56,063 nt of DNA from Trichinella spiralis (taxonomy: Eukaryota), in NCBI RefSeq assembly GCF_000181795.1, contig NW_003526948.1:2538331-2594393 (forward strand). Direction: 5' to 3'. Within the stretch, counting starts at the first letter, position 1. Each line of letters opens with the position of its first letter. The notes under the pieces were generated by a model, which was not told the origin of the DNA, made no database searches, and worked only from the letters and a program-made list of their open reading frames with translations. Shown here in pieces: positions 10,690-24,300 of the stretch. Both the position numbers and the translations under genes were made by a program.

Positions 10690-11120
10690 ATTATTCACAT
10701 CTACAACTTTCGACAACACAATTACGTATAATAAATGTATTATTTCTCTCACAAGTTAAAATTTTGAGAAAAATGGAACAATTGTGATTAAAATTAAAAA
10801 AAAATGAACTTCACTATTATTTGAAAAATCGAACAAATCAACAAACAACAACATTTGTTGCAACTTTACAATGAACTTGAAAATCACTTTCAATGTGTTT
10901 CATAAAAGTTTTTCATCCAACTTTTAGTGGCAAACAGTAAATACAGTATAATGATAACTTTTCTTACCTCATTATTTCCTTTTGTACGTATTTGAAAATA
11001 CAATTAATTCTGTGATAATTAAAAAATGATAAAATTACAATTAAAGGCGGGGATTTTTTTTCTTTTAAAAACAATTTTTAATTTAACGAAAAGAAAAGAA
11101 ATATAACAACAATTCAACAT

Positions 11121-11558
11121 TTAATGATAGAACGTTGATTTTTGAGGAAAAATAATTTTTCCATTTTTGCACTGCTTCCAACGCGGATTGTAGCATCCGG
11201 TGCCGCAGCAAGTGCTTTCACTGCCGGCGCAACGGGCGACCACTTTGCCGTTGCAGCACATCTGCTTCTTCTTCGAATAGCATCTATCCCCGCAACAGTG
11301 GGCATCTTTGCTGTCACAACGATCCCGTATTTTACCCTTGCAACACATACCAATGGTCGGATTGTAGCAGAACCGTCCGCAGCAGTCTCTGGTACCGTCC
11401 CGTTTGCACAGATCCGTATTTTCGCAGCAGATGAATCTCCTGGCGTCGTAGACGAACTGCCCGCAAGTGAATTGCGCCCCACTCGAACTGACGATGCCTG
11501 AATCATACACATTTGCATACGTCAATAGAATGAGCAGAACTTGCAAATATATTTGCAT
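11121..11558 (-). CDS. Secreted Cys-rich galaxin-like repeat protein (145 aa, intronless)
   Basis: Hydrophobic N-terminal signal-like peptide (MQIYLQVLLILLTYA), then about four repeats of roughly 29 aa with pattern (C)CG-x2-(C)Y-x5/6-(C)C-xG. The ORF is a GC-rich island in AT-rich flanks. Confidence 0.85.
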   Translation of the reverse strand: MQIYLQVLLILLTYANVYDSGIVSSSGAQFTCGQFVYDARRFICCENTDLCKRDGTRDCCGRFCYNPTIGMCCKGKIRDRCDSKDAHCCGDRCYSKKKQMCCNGKVVARCAGSESTCCGTGCYNPRWKQCKNGKIIFPQKSTFYH

Positions 11559-14489
11559 ACGTACAGGCGAGAATCAACAGCCAACAGGAAAAGGTGATCG
11601 CCAACATTGGGAGAAATTTTGCAGATGAAATTGTTCTTTCTTCGAAAAAATACAAATTTACACCCTGAGAAGTGGAATAGTAATTGCAATTTCAAGCCAC
11701 GCCTGTGTCGCTTGGAACTGCTTCCATAGCCAAGTAACACGATTTCTTTTACTAAACCAGGCCAGGCCATGCCTAACCCAGAGCCGAATTATTAAAGCTT
11801 GCTAAATTAAAAATTCCTTCAACACACCAAATGGACTGTTGCCAAATGTAATAATCATTGAATTCCCATTATCAATATTAATCTCATTCGGTCGTTGTCA
11901 AGTTTTATGCAAATTTATGCAAATTAATGATTGATTTTCATTTTTTCATTTGTTGAGTTTCAAGCGTAGAAATTATTATGCCTGACCCCGATCCGAATGC
12001 AATGCGAATTTGATCAGTTTACGTGAAGAGGGTTATTCTTGGTCACGCGGACGTGATATGTATTCTTTTGCACATTGCTGCCAACTTGTCACATGGCAGC
12101 TGACAGCAAGTGCAAAAATAACAATTCCGCATGACAACTGTGCAATGGGAACAAAATTTTATTTTTGAAATTTTAATTTATTATTATTATTATTATTCAG
12201 TAATGTTAATTTTTTTTAATCTAGCCACGAATGTTGATTGTTGCACAACTGACTTTCATTCGTGTGGAGTGAAAAAAATTTCAGTTCAGATGGATGAATT
12301 TTTTATGAACAAACAGCACGGTTGTTTCTTTTCCTTGGAAAATATCACTTGCCCAAAACGAGCGAACTTATTAATTGAAACAGCAATACTGAGTACAAGT
12401 GTAAATTTCTACAGTATACAAGGATGTCATGTTTTGTCAACTGATCAGAATGAGAAAATGCGCGTCAAAATCTGATATTCACCACCACGTGATTCTTGAT
12501 ACATCGAGCATAACGGCGATCGTTAACTCTGTTCCGAAAACTCATCTCATATGCAAATTTTTAATGCAAACAAAAAGCGAAATTCTCGCAATATCATCAA
12601 GCGAAACGGTCAATTTTCACGTTTTACTTTCAGCACATTCATTTACAGATTACATGAAAATCAAAACAAATACTTATTTATTTAGACAGCATAATTATTT
12701 AGCTAATAATCAATTTAAACTTTCTGACAAGTAAAATATTATATATTATATATTTTGGCAAGCTGACAGTTTTTAGTATTGATAAATCAATCCAAACTTA
12801 TCTTTCACTATTTCACAATAAACTTTACGAAATAATTTGAAAATATTTTTGCATAAACATTGTTTTTAGTAATGAAAACAATTTATTCAAATAAAAAATC
12901 AAGGGAAAAATAATAAAAGCTCTAATTATAGTATTTTCAAGAGCATTTTCGAGGATGATGTAAATTTAGCAAGTTGGCTGGTCTTCCAGTTAGCAAATCA
13001 AATACTCGTGCCATTGCGATTATTATCCAAAAGACGAGTTGCTCAAAACAAGCCGTATGCAAAAATGCTTTCAACTACGAAGCAGCTTGTTTATTTTGAT
13101 TTGTTGAATTCGAATTTCAACGTTGAATCTTCCATGCTATTTTGGAGTACACAGCAAATATGAGAATGTATTTTAGAAAAAAATGCAACTGGAAATTTTT
13201 TGCAATACTGTAATTAATATAAAAATCTTTTGCATTTAAGCAAACTGTTCAACACAACTAAAACACTGAACTTTGCGTGTTCCATCCGATATTGTGAGTT
13301 TTTGTTTTTGATTTCTACTGTAAAGATTGTATATTTCAATTTTACTTTGCATTTATGTCCACATATTTGAAAGTATTATGTGCTATTGAAACGGTATTTA
13401 TAAATATTGTGGATATGCATAATTTTTGAATGTTATAAGATATTTCCAATTCATTTAACTAAACAATACAACAAATTTATTCACTAAGCTTCATAAGTTG
13501 ATGTAGCGCATATTTAAGTGAAAAATAAACAACCTAGCCTAGAAACAAATATTCATAAAATTATTCCTATTGTGTTTCTAATCTAATCTAATCTTATCTT
13601 ATGATATGTTTCATCAATGTGCTAAGCAAAAACAGTCGTTTGCTACTAGTCAAGCTTGATAACTAACTAGCTTTTTGTTGCTAATATGCAGTATCTATTC
13701 TTTAACAAGCAATATTAATACTATAAACAGTTTATAATTTTCAGAAGAGAACACTTGATATTTTCAAGTTATTTACAAATAATTATTAATAGAAAATGAT
13801 TTAAAAGTGAAGTGTTATTGAGTATAATGAGAAAAAAGCATCGAACGTTGTTGTATCATCAACAGAAGAGAATAGCAGTTATTTCTCATTTTACAAGTAT
13901 TGTTGAAGATTGAAGTGCTTGTTGGTTGTGTGTCTTCATTGCTGAACTAAAAATTCATTGATCAAAAACAAAACTTTCATCAGTTATAATTCATTGCAAT
14001 CAATTTACGCAATACAGTTGCCAAGCATGTTCGGGTTTGTTAGTTAACGGCAGCTTTGCTCATATGAGAACTGGAATCAGAACGTGCACCGGTTTATGAA
14101 AAATAATAATTATTATAATAATAATCAAATGAAGAAGAAGAAGAAGAATCAGCATGCTATGAAAGGCACACTATATGCGCACTTTACTACGAGATGGATG
14201 GCGAAAAATTTAGGCGTAGGTGCTCTTCAACGCTGCAAATACGCCAAAATGCTGTTATAAAAATTGTGCCAGATGTGACAGATTCCAGTGGTAGCCTGTT
14301 TTTGTAGGCCTGTTTGTAACTTTCATTTCGATACCTGATTAATTATTCAGCTACTTTTCACACCACACTGCGGGCATTTAGTGAAGCGTTCATCGGCACC
14401 GCCTATTCTTCTGCTTGGATCGCTCTTTCTTCACTTTTCGCATATGCACATTTTAGCATCGTCTTTTTTCAGCTATTCAGCTTGAATTA

Positions 14490-17400
14490 ATGGACAAAAA
14501 GGAAACAGACGAAGAAATCACAACGGTCAAGATGAGCACTATCGAAGAAAGCCCGTCGAAGAAAGCATCCGATGCTTCGATGCGTATAAGTCAAAAAGCA
14601 CTTGCTTTGTATGAAGAAGACGGTCCAGCTAATATCAATTCCGTATCCATGTATTTAAAATCACTCAGCGGAGTTGCTACTGATGAAACTGGTCCAAAGG
14701 TCTTTACAATTCCTTCATTCACTAATTGTATCTTCTTTCCTGATTGAGCAAATTTAGAGAGCTAAATTGGGCACTATTTTTGGCGTTTATCTTCCAAGTA
14801 TCCAACACATCCTCGGTGTGCAAATGTTCCTTCGTTTGATTTGGATGGTAGGCGTAGGTGGTCTTATCGAATCATTCTCTATGGTTTTTCTCTGCTGCTT
14901 ATGCGTAAGTGTACACCAGCAAGCAATGCTTTATCCAATTAACTGCAATTTACTGCAGACTTTTTTGACCAGCATTTCAATATCTGCTATTGCTACGAAT
15001 GGAAAAATTGAAAGTACGTTGCAATCAATCATTTTACTTTAATTTTCATAAACATAATTAATATGCTCAAATTGACTTGTTTATAATAGGAATAAACACT
15101 GCAACACTTTTAGCTATACAACATTGATACATCTTAGAAAGAAAATCGTTTTATAATCCATAAAACTTAAATCATAAAAAAGGAAGCTTTAATTTTGAAA
15201 AATATATCCGCCCGTTTCATTTATAAAAGATACGTATTTGTAACATTTGATGTAAATTATGCAAATGCGCGTAAAACATGCATGTTGCCTGAAGCTAATC
15301 TGATTTCACTTTCACTGTTCAAACATTTGATCATTTCCCCTCTGCCCTGCAAACGAAACAAACAAACTGCTAAGAAATATATAGTGCAAAATTATTTACT
15401 TGTGCATTTGTCGTGTACATAGCTTGGTATATTTTCTAAATAAATTCTTCAACATGATCTGTTAATTTAGATGAAATTTCTTTAGACTTTTTTCATCAAT
15501 TATAAATTTATTCAAGTAAACTTAAAATATCATATAATCAAATAAAACCTTCATCTGTCACTTGCAATCTGTTAAACTTGTTCTCCTTTTGTAGTTTAGT
15601 CATCGTGTATTATTTGTGAAGTGCTAATTTGCACGGGTTGATTGTTTTTGTTTATTTTGATTCAACTATAATGCATATCTAAAGCGGAGATTTTTAGCTT
15701 TTCAACGAACTTATTTATATTTTTTAGATTTAATCATATAAATATTGATAAATAATTTTCAAACAAAATGAAACAAAAAATTCACGAAAAGAATTCGAGA
15801 ATTAAATTTTCACCTAAATGTTGCCATTGATGTGACAGGTTGAAACGTTTAGTTAAGCGCATCTCATTGCTCAAAGGAAAAACAGTAATTCTTATTAATG
15901 AAACGTGTTGCATCAACTGCAATGATAGTTGTATTGCAATTTTAGGGAAATGTCTCAAAATACATGGACAATTTGCAGATATCGTTGCAACTAATTATTT
16001 GAACTGTTATCAGTATTTTAGCTATACTGCAATTTGCATTACGGATAGATAATGAAGCCCAGAAACAAATATTCAGGAAATTATTTCTAGTTCTATCATT
16101 TGCATAATTCTATTTTTAGTACATGGTTGATGAAGAATGAGTAAGAAATGAAATATTCAAAGTATTTTTCATAGAAGTGATTTGCTGCAAACGAAATTAC
16201 TATTTCAATTGACATAGAGCATTGTGACAAGCCAATATTTGAGCAATCTGTCTTTTACATTTCATCCGATAAGATTGCTTGTCATTCAATGTCAAGTGAA
16301 GGATTAGGTTAAAAAAGTGGAATCTTTGTTCTGACAGAGTAGTCTTGTCAACCATGTACAGATGCGGTGGAATGATAGCATTTTAAAATTTCCTAAGCAA
16401 TGACAAAATAATATGTCAGAAAATATTTTGTATTTGTGTCATTTCCGAATGTTTATTAAATATATTCTTAAACAGTAGGCAACAGTAATTAAAAAAGTTA
16501 TAAGACACTTTATTGTTAATTTACATGCACTCATTTTCACTAATATTCTTTAACTTATTACTTAAGAGAATTTTTGCAATTAAAAAAGTTATTGATTTAA
16601 TTTTATATAAATGATATAATACTATATTTATAACTATTTGTAATCACACATAGGTGCAGTTTATGTATATTTTTACAATAAAATATAGAAACTGTACAAG
16701 TAAAAAATGACAAACTTTTATTATACAGGTGGTGGAACGTACTTTATGTTATCCCGAAATTTGGGTCCAGAATTTGGTGGTGCCATTGGAATACTTTATT
16801 ATTTGGCGAATACTGTTGAAACTGCAATGTTTCTTGTAGGAGGCGCTGAGATTCTATTAGTATGAAGGGAATTATTTCTTTTTTCAATTTTACTTCATGC
16901 TAAATGTTTAGATCTACATGGCACCTGATTTACCAAAATTTGGCAGCAATGATGTTACAGATCCACAGATGTTTAATAACTTTCGACTCTATGGCACAGC
17001 GTTTTTGATATTAATATTCATTATATGCTGCTTCGGCATAAAATTCGTTCAATTTTTTGCTCCATTCTCACTTGCCTGCGTCATACTCTCAGTCCTCGGA
17101 GTATACATCGGAGCTTTCGTTGGCCATGATGCAGAATCTACAAAGTAAGATTTTAAGATGTTTATTATGATGTTAATCTTTACAATCATGAAATAACTAT
17201 TAATTTAAAATACACTGCACAGTACTTAGTAAATAAATAATTGCTCCATGCATCAGATGCTGTATGATAATCAGTGTAAATCTTATTTTTCATTTTTACA
17301 GACTGTGTCTACTTGGTGACAGTCTTCTCAATCCTTTGTACATAATGGATGAAAATCACACGCTTATTTGCAATCGAACACAGCAAATGAACGATTTATA

Positions 17401-20400
17401 TTGTATAAATAGCACTGAAACGAGCGTGAAAAACTGCGACGAGTACTATGCAAATGAAGAAATTCACTCAGAAACAGGAATACATCAGTTTTCAGGATCA
17501 CTGCTATGGAGTAAGTAAAAATTGTAAAATGCAATCTATTCTGATACCATTTGCTTAAACTAAAATGTTAACGTGAAAAGTATTTTAGACTGTAAACTAC
17601 CACCTCATTAAAGTATGTAGCTTCGCTTTATTTTAGATAACTTGTATTCTTATTACATGTACGAAGGTGAAAGTTACCCTGGACGTAAAGGAAATTCTCC
17701 TTTTGAAGTGACTCAAGACATTCGATCGAGTTTTTTTGTGCTCCTTGCTATATTTTTCCCTTCAACAACGGGAATTATGACTGGAGCTAATATGTCAGGT
17801 AAGTTGTTTCTTATTATTAAATATTTTAATGTTTAGCTACATTTTTTGCTCGTAATATTCAGGAGATCTTAGAGATCCTGACAAGTCTATTCCAATTGGT
17901 ACAATAGCAGCCCAACTGACGACATCTTTTATTTATTTGTCTTTTGTAATACTTTATGGAGGTACTATGACACGGTCGATGTTAACAGACAAGTAATAAG
18001 TTGACAATAAATATATTTTCATATAATGCAACGAGATTTGCAAAATTGAAGGTATGGCGTTAGCTTGGAAGGTAAAATGGTGGCCGCAAAATTAGCTTGG
18101 CCAAATGACTGGATTGTTTTAGTTGGTTCTTTTACGTCATGCATTGGGGCAAGCTTGCAGTGTCTTTGCAGTAAGTCATATGTATTAATGACACGCTAAT
18201 GCTTTAATTAGAAATGTTATGTGTACAAATAAAAAGCCTTTTCATTTCACTTATTAAAAGTCACTTTAAAAAGTAATAAAACATTCATTTTAAATTTTAG
18301 GCTCACCTCGTTTACTGCAAAGTATTGCAAAAGACAATCTGTTGCCTTTCTTGAATCCATTTAGTGTGATGACTAAACATAACGAGCCCTTCAGAGCTCT
18401 GATTGTGACAGCTTTAATAGCTGAAGCTTCATTAATGATAGGAGGTATTGATTATGTGGCACCAGTGGTTCAAGTATTTTTCTTAATATCATATTGCTTT
18501 GTCAATCTTGCTTGTGCTTTGCAAACTTTACTAAATGTGCCAAACTGGCGTCCACGGTTTCGCTTTTATCACTGGAGTTTGTCTGTACTCGGAGCTTTAC
18601 TGAGTTTGTTCATAATGTTTTCTACTGAATGGTATTACAGTATTCTGGTACTGCTTTTCTTTGCTTTCTTGTACAAATACATAGAATATAAAGGGTAAAA
18701 CTCAACACTCTTAAAACACATTAATTTCATTTCCTAAATTCTTTAGTGCCAAAAAAGAATGGGGAGATGGAATTAGAGGTCTGGCACTTTCAACTGCACA
18801 GTACAGTTTACTCCGCATTGAAGATTCTGAAACACATCCTAAAAACTGGAGGTATGAAAATATGGTATTAACAAAGCAGAGTTGCACGCATAAATTAGCA
18901 GTTTCCACATATCTGCTAATGTTAATGCATTATTAAAATTCTGCTGCATTAAATTTGCATCATGTTGTTTCATTATAGACCGCAGTTTTTGATTTTGCTG
19001 AAAGTCGATCATGAGCACAGTGACACCAATTACAAATTATTGCATTTTGCTAGTCAACTTAAAGCTGGAAGAGGCTTGACCATGGTTGCTACGGTGATAA
19101 AAGGCAGTTTGGCAAATGCTGAAGATCGTAAAAATGCAGAAAGAATTAAAAATGTATTAAAATATTTGGCAATCTGTTTGGAAATTCTTTCAAATTATAA
19201 TTTTATAGCTTCTGAAAGAAGACATGAAAGCTGCTAAAGTGAAAGGATTTACTGAAGTTGTTTTGTCTGAATTTGTGAATGAAAATGTCAGCACATTGCT
19301 TCAATGTGTGGGCATGGCTAGTTTACGTCCAAATACTGTTTTTGTTGCTTGGCCGGTTAGTTGGAGAACGAGTTATGAAGAACACAGCCATGAATTTTAT
19401 AGCTTTTTAGGTAAGCATACACAACTATATAATTTAGATTAGCTTGCAAGTCCTGTTCATTAAAATCAAATATTATGAAATTTGCTTTATTAATCAATGT
19501 CAATATTTGTTTAAACTATGTGCGATTGTGCAATATTTACTTTAGACGCTGTTTGTCGTTCTACGGCAGCTGATAAATGTTTTCTCATGGTAAAAGGGCT
19601 GTCAATGTTTCCTGATGTTGGTGATCAACTTAGCGGAAACATAGATATCTGGTGGATTATTCACACCGGAGGTCTGCTTGTACTTTTGCCATTCTTGCTT
19701 AAACAAGATCGAGTATGGCGAAACTGCAAATTGCGCGTGTTTACAGTTGCCCAGTCTAATGATAATTGTAAGTTTTTTTCACTACAATCTTAAAACGCAT
19801 TTTAATATAAACAGCGATTAAAAGCAAAATTAAAACGCTTTATAAGCACAGCAGCATGAAGTACTTTCTTCTGTTGCGTAATAAGTCTAAGATAACTTTT
19901 CACGTATCTCAAATTCACATATTTTAATGGAATTATTCAGGAGCATGTTATCATTCTGGATTAGAAAAGTGGGTTAAACGCCTGCCGAAATGTTTCATGA
20001 ACATAAAATAAACTTAGCAAGCCTTAATTTACAGGTGTTACAACGAACACTTTCAACTTATTCATCTGCTTTTTTCTTTGATATTATTTGCGGTGGATAA
20101 TACTTTTACCATACCAAGTAATATGAAATGTGTAGTGTCAAATCTGGTAAAATAGGATCAGCTAAAAATTTCACTTGTACTAAAGGTTATTTTCAAAAGT
20201 AACATGGAAAGTTTAAAGAATGAATTGTACTAAAGAAACGTAGAATACATGCAAGTAAAAATTTTCAGCTGTAGAAATGAAAAGAGATTTGCAACGATGG
20301 ATGTACAATCTGCGAATTGATGCTACAGTTGATGTGGTCGAGCTTGACGAAAGCAAAGTAAATGAACAAGCGTATGAAAGAACTCAACAGATGCGAGAAC

Positions 20401-21049
20401 ATCAGAACAGACCTGGCTTGAAAGATTTCTCATGCTGGAATATAGATACAAAAAATAATGATGTTGCAAATAATTTACCCAAAGTAAAGTGTGCTTTTGT
20501 AATTTTTAATCCACCTTGATAGAACAATTGATAAAATTATTCATTTAGCCTGAAAAGTTAGAAAATGCTCCTCGTCCAATTAAGCAAAGCATATCAGAGC
20601 AGCATCTCAGTACAGATACGGAAGACGTGAAAGCGCATCATCCATTAGCTTCTTTCATAAGAAAACTATCCGTCAAAGGCCAACGTGCTGAACATTTGCA
20701 GATGACTCAAGCGGCTGGAATGCCATTATCTCATATTGGATATGACAATCCAAATTTCGAATTTTGCGATAAACTACCTGATGACACGAAAACGCAAACA
20801 GATTTCGAATGTTTGACATTTTCTAGTCGTCAAATGGTTAGAAAGATGAATACTGCACTTTTGCTGAACAACGTCATTCGCGAACGTTCATCAACAAGCA
20901 GATTGATCGTGCTCAGTCTTCCGAAACCCCCGCAGTCAAAGAGTGAATTCAAAAATTACATGGAATATATGGAAGCGTTGACTGATGGTTTGCCTCGAGT
21001 TCTACTAGTTAGGGGTTCTGGCAAGGAAGTGGTCACTATATACTCATAA
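14490..21049 (+). CDS. K-Cl cotransporter (SLC12A4-7/KCC type), copy A. 16 exons: 14490-14699, 14758-14904, 14959-15013, 16729-16859, 16912-17144, 17302-17510, 17637-17798, 17863-17992, 18052-18170, 18301-18694, 18747-18851, 18979-19153, 19209-19410, 19546-19767, 20269-20483, 20549-21049
   Basis: Motifs [90 protein letters not shown] and terminal [16 protein letters not shown] Cys-containing N-glycosylated loop lies between TM5 and TM6, as in KCCs. All introns are GT-AG. Confidence 0.95.
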
Positions 21050-21324
21050 ACGTCTACAACATTATTATTATTATTATTATTACTTTATGAATATTTAGTG
21101 AAACAATACTGATTGAAATGTATCAAGAGTGTAAATTTAGAATTTCCCCATTCTGTTCTTATACAGTGTATCTGACGTTTCAAAGTGTCCATATTACTCT
21201 CCTCTGCATTATGAGATTTGAAAAATCACACTATATCAAATTACAATTCTAAAATTTTCTTTCAAAATAAAATAATTAATATTAAGAATTGTATTGAAAC
21301 AAAAGCAAGCGGACACACGGTCAT

Positions 21325-24300
21325 TTACGTGCAAGCTGTGACAAGTTCTTCACCAGATCCACGCACTAACAAAACTCTGACGAATCCTTCTGTCAGCACT
21401 TGAAGATGTTCCATGTATTTCTGAATGCCATCTTTCGATTTTGGTGGCTTTGGTAAATTTATCACCAAAAGACGGCATGTGGATGATTTTTCACGCATCA
21501 GCTTATTCAACTGTACAGCCATTTTCAGTTTTCTTACATTACTTTTCAATAACTTTGAGTCGTCTGCCGAGCTTGAAGAATTTTCTTCTTTACTATGCTG
21601 AACAAGAAGCGTTTTATCCACACTGCTGCTTGTTGTGTTTGATTTTTCATCTACGTCGTCATAAGCGAACCATTCTGGCTCAGCGTTTTCATCTTCAACA
21701 TTTTCTTGATTTTCATCACTAACGTAACTATCATTTGCGAAGATGACTTTTCCATTCTTTTCAGGCATGGCAATTTCATTCACCTAAACCAGGATTCGTG
21801 ATTTTCAGGTAGGAACACAAACGCGGACAGATTATTCTCAACAAACTGTGTTTGCTTATTAATTTTAGCAATTTAAGCACATTTAAATGCCGCATTACCT
21901 CAGTTTCCAAGTCAGCAGCTTGATTTACAAACTGACTGTTATTCAAACTTTGTGCTGCTTTTTGGTTGTTCTCAATGACGCAACTAATTTCCACAACTTC
22001 TACTTCTGCATCAATACGTTGATGGTATAACCATTTTTTCAACTCCTCTTTTAATATTGCACCTACAAAAAATTATCTTCTGTGATATTGTTATCAAATA
22101 TTTTTAATTTGCAAAGCATTTTAAGAAAGATCCATTTGCAAATACTCATAATTGTTTCTAATAAACCTTTATGACCAATATATAATGCAAGAACATACTA
22201 TTATCATTGGAATGCGCTATTGCAAAAAGCCGAATCTTGCAGCTTCTCCAAACACGGTGCTGAGTCAGCAAGTATGAAATAAAAATGAGCAAACCACCAT
22301 CGTGAATTATCCACCAAATATCAATAGTGCCGCTGATTTGATCGCCAATTTCAGGAAACATCAAAAGTCCTTTAGGAATCAAAACGCACTTTTCTGCGGA
22401 ACAAGCTTTACAAACCGCTTCTGAAACATAAACAAGTTGTCATAACTATACTGAAAATTCCCCTCATTCAGGGAGTAGCTTAAATGCATTTCTGAGTTTT
22501 AAATTTACAAAATATGAATTAATAAAAATCACTGTAATAATGAAAGATATTAAGCAGTTGTATTACCAAAAAAATTGTAATATTCAATGTCATTTCTTCC
22601 ATTAGAGTACCAATTCTCAGGCCAGCCAATAACGACAGTATTTGGACGCAAACTGGCCATGCCAACGCATTGTAAAACAGTGTCAATATTTCTCGGTATA
22701 TATGCTGATATAACTACTTCAGTAAATCCTTTTACTTTTGCTGCCTTCATCGCTTCTTTCAGAGACTGAAACATAAAATTACTTTCATATCAATTTTCCA
22801 ACGTTACAGTTATGAGTAGCGTATTCTTGAATTGCAAAGCTGATGTTCTTCTTCTGCTGTATCCGTCATCAGCTTTTATTGAATGTTAAGTTTTAATAAT
22901 TCAATACAACTCAAGTGCAATAATATTTACCGCTTTCAGTAATTCTGCTGCTTTTCTGTCCTTTTCATGCAAAAGATTGCCATTCATAACTGCTGCAACA
23001 ATAGTCAAACCACGTCCCTTTTTCAACTGATTAGCAAAATGCATCAATTTGTTATTTTGTACATCTTGATATGCTTCAAGATTGACCAAGACCAACAGCT
23101 GTGGTCTGAATTACATGTGTGCATAAAAAGAACTGAAAAATAGATTAAATTTTAAAGCAATTGCAACATACCTCCAGTCCATTTGCTTTTGTTCAGAATC
23201 TTCGATTTGAAGCAGACTGTACTGAGCAGTAGACAACGCTAAACCTCGTAAACCATCGCCCCATTCCTTCTTGGCCCTAATCAAAATTACAAAAATTAAG
23301 TTAAGCGTTGCTTAATGCATAAATGCTAATCACCCTTTGTATTCGATGTATTTGTAAACAATTCCACAGATGGTCAATGCGACGATAGCATAATGCCAGT
23401 ATGTGGAGAACATGATAAACAGATTCAAAAGTGCACCCAGAACGGCCAGACTCCAGTGATAAAAGCGGAAACGAGGCCTCCAGTTTGGTGCCTTGAGCAG
23501 TGTTTGCAAAGCACAAGCAATGTTTACAAAACAGTAAGAAAGCAAGAAGAAGAGATCCACCACTGGTGCAATGTAATCAATTCCGCCAATTAAAATAGCG
23601 GTCTCTGCAATAAGTACAGTGACGAGAAGAGCACGAAATGGCTCGTTGTTTTTAGCCACCTTGCTAAATGGATTTAAAAATGGGATGAGGTTATCCATTG
23701 CAATACTTTGAAGTAGACGTGGTGCAGCTTGCAAAAAACAGTACGTTAAACGAATTTTAAATGTACGCATATTTAGTAATACTTACTGCACAAACACTGA
23801 AGACTTGCTCCAATGCATGAAGTAAAGGAACCGATGAGCACAATCCATTCAGTAGGCCATGCAAGCATGGCTGCAGTCATTTTACCTCCCAAACTGACTC
23901 CGTACCTGAATATTTATTTCATCAAGTCGTGTTAAAATTGTAGAAAGTTTCAATCACTTGTCACGAAGGACATATCCATTTATGGAGCCTCCGTAAATGA
24001 CCACAAAACTTAGATATATAAAGGATGTTGTTAAAGTTGCTGCTATGGTTCCAATAGGTATAGATTTCTGCGGGTCTTTCAAATCACCTTAAATATTTGT
24101 TATTTTAAATGCATCTTTTTGTTACGTTTTATAATACGTAAAATCACGTCAAAGTGTTTTAAGCAGAAATTCTTTTTTTAATGCTTGGTATGCAATTTCA
24201 AATCAATGCTTTGAAATTAAACTTCACATAAATTATGTGAATTGTGAAGGATGTAAATGTCAATAAATTGTAACAAAAACAATAAAGTTCTCAAAGTATA

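Noticed and set aside
11114..11518. Overlapping 134-aa (-) and 119-aa (+) ORFs
   Set aside because: Shadow ORFs of the GC-rich galaxin-like CDS.
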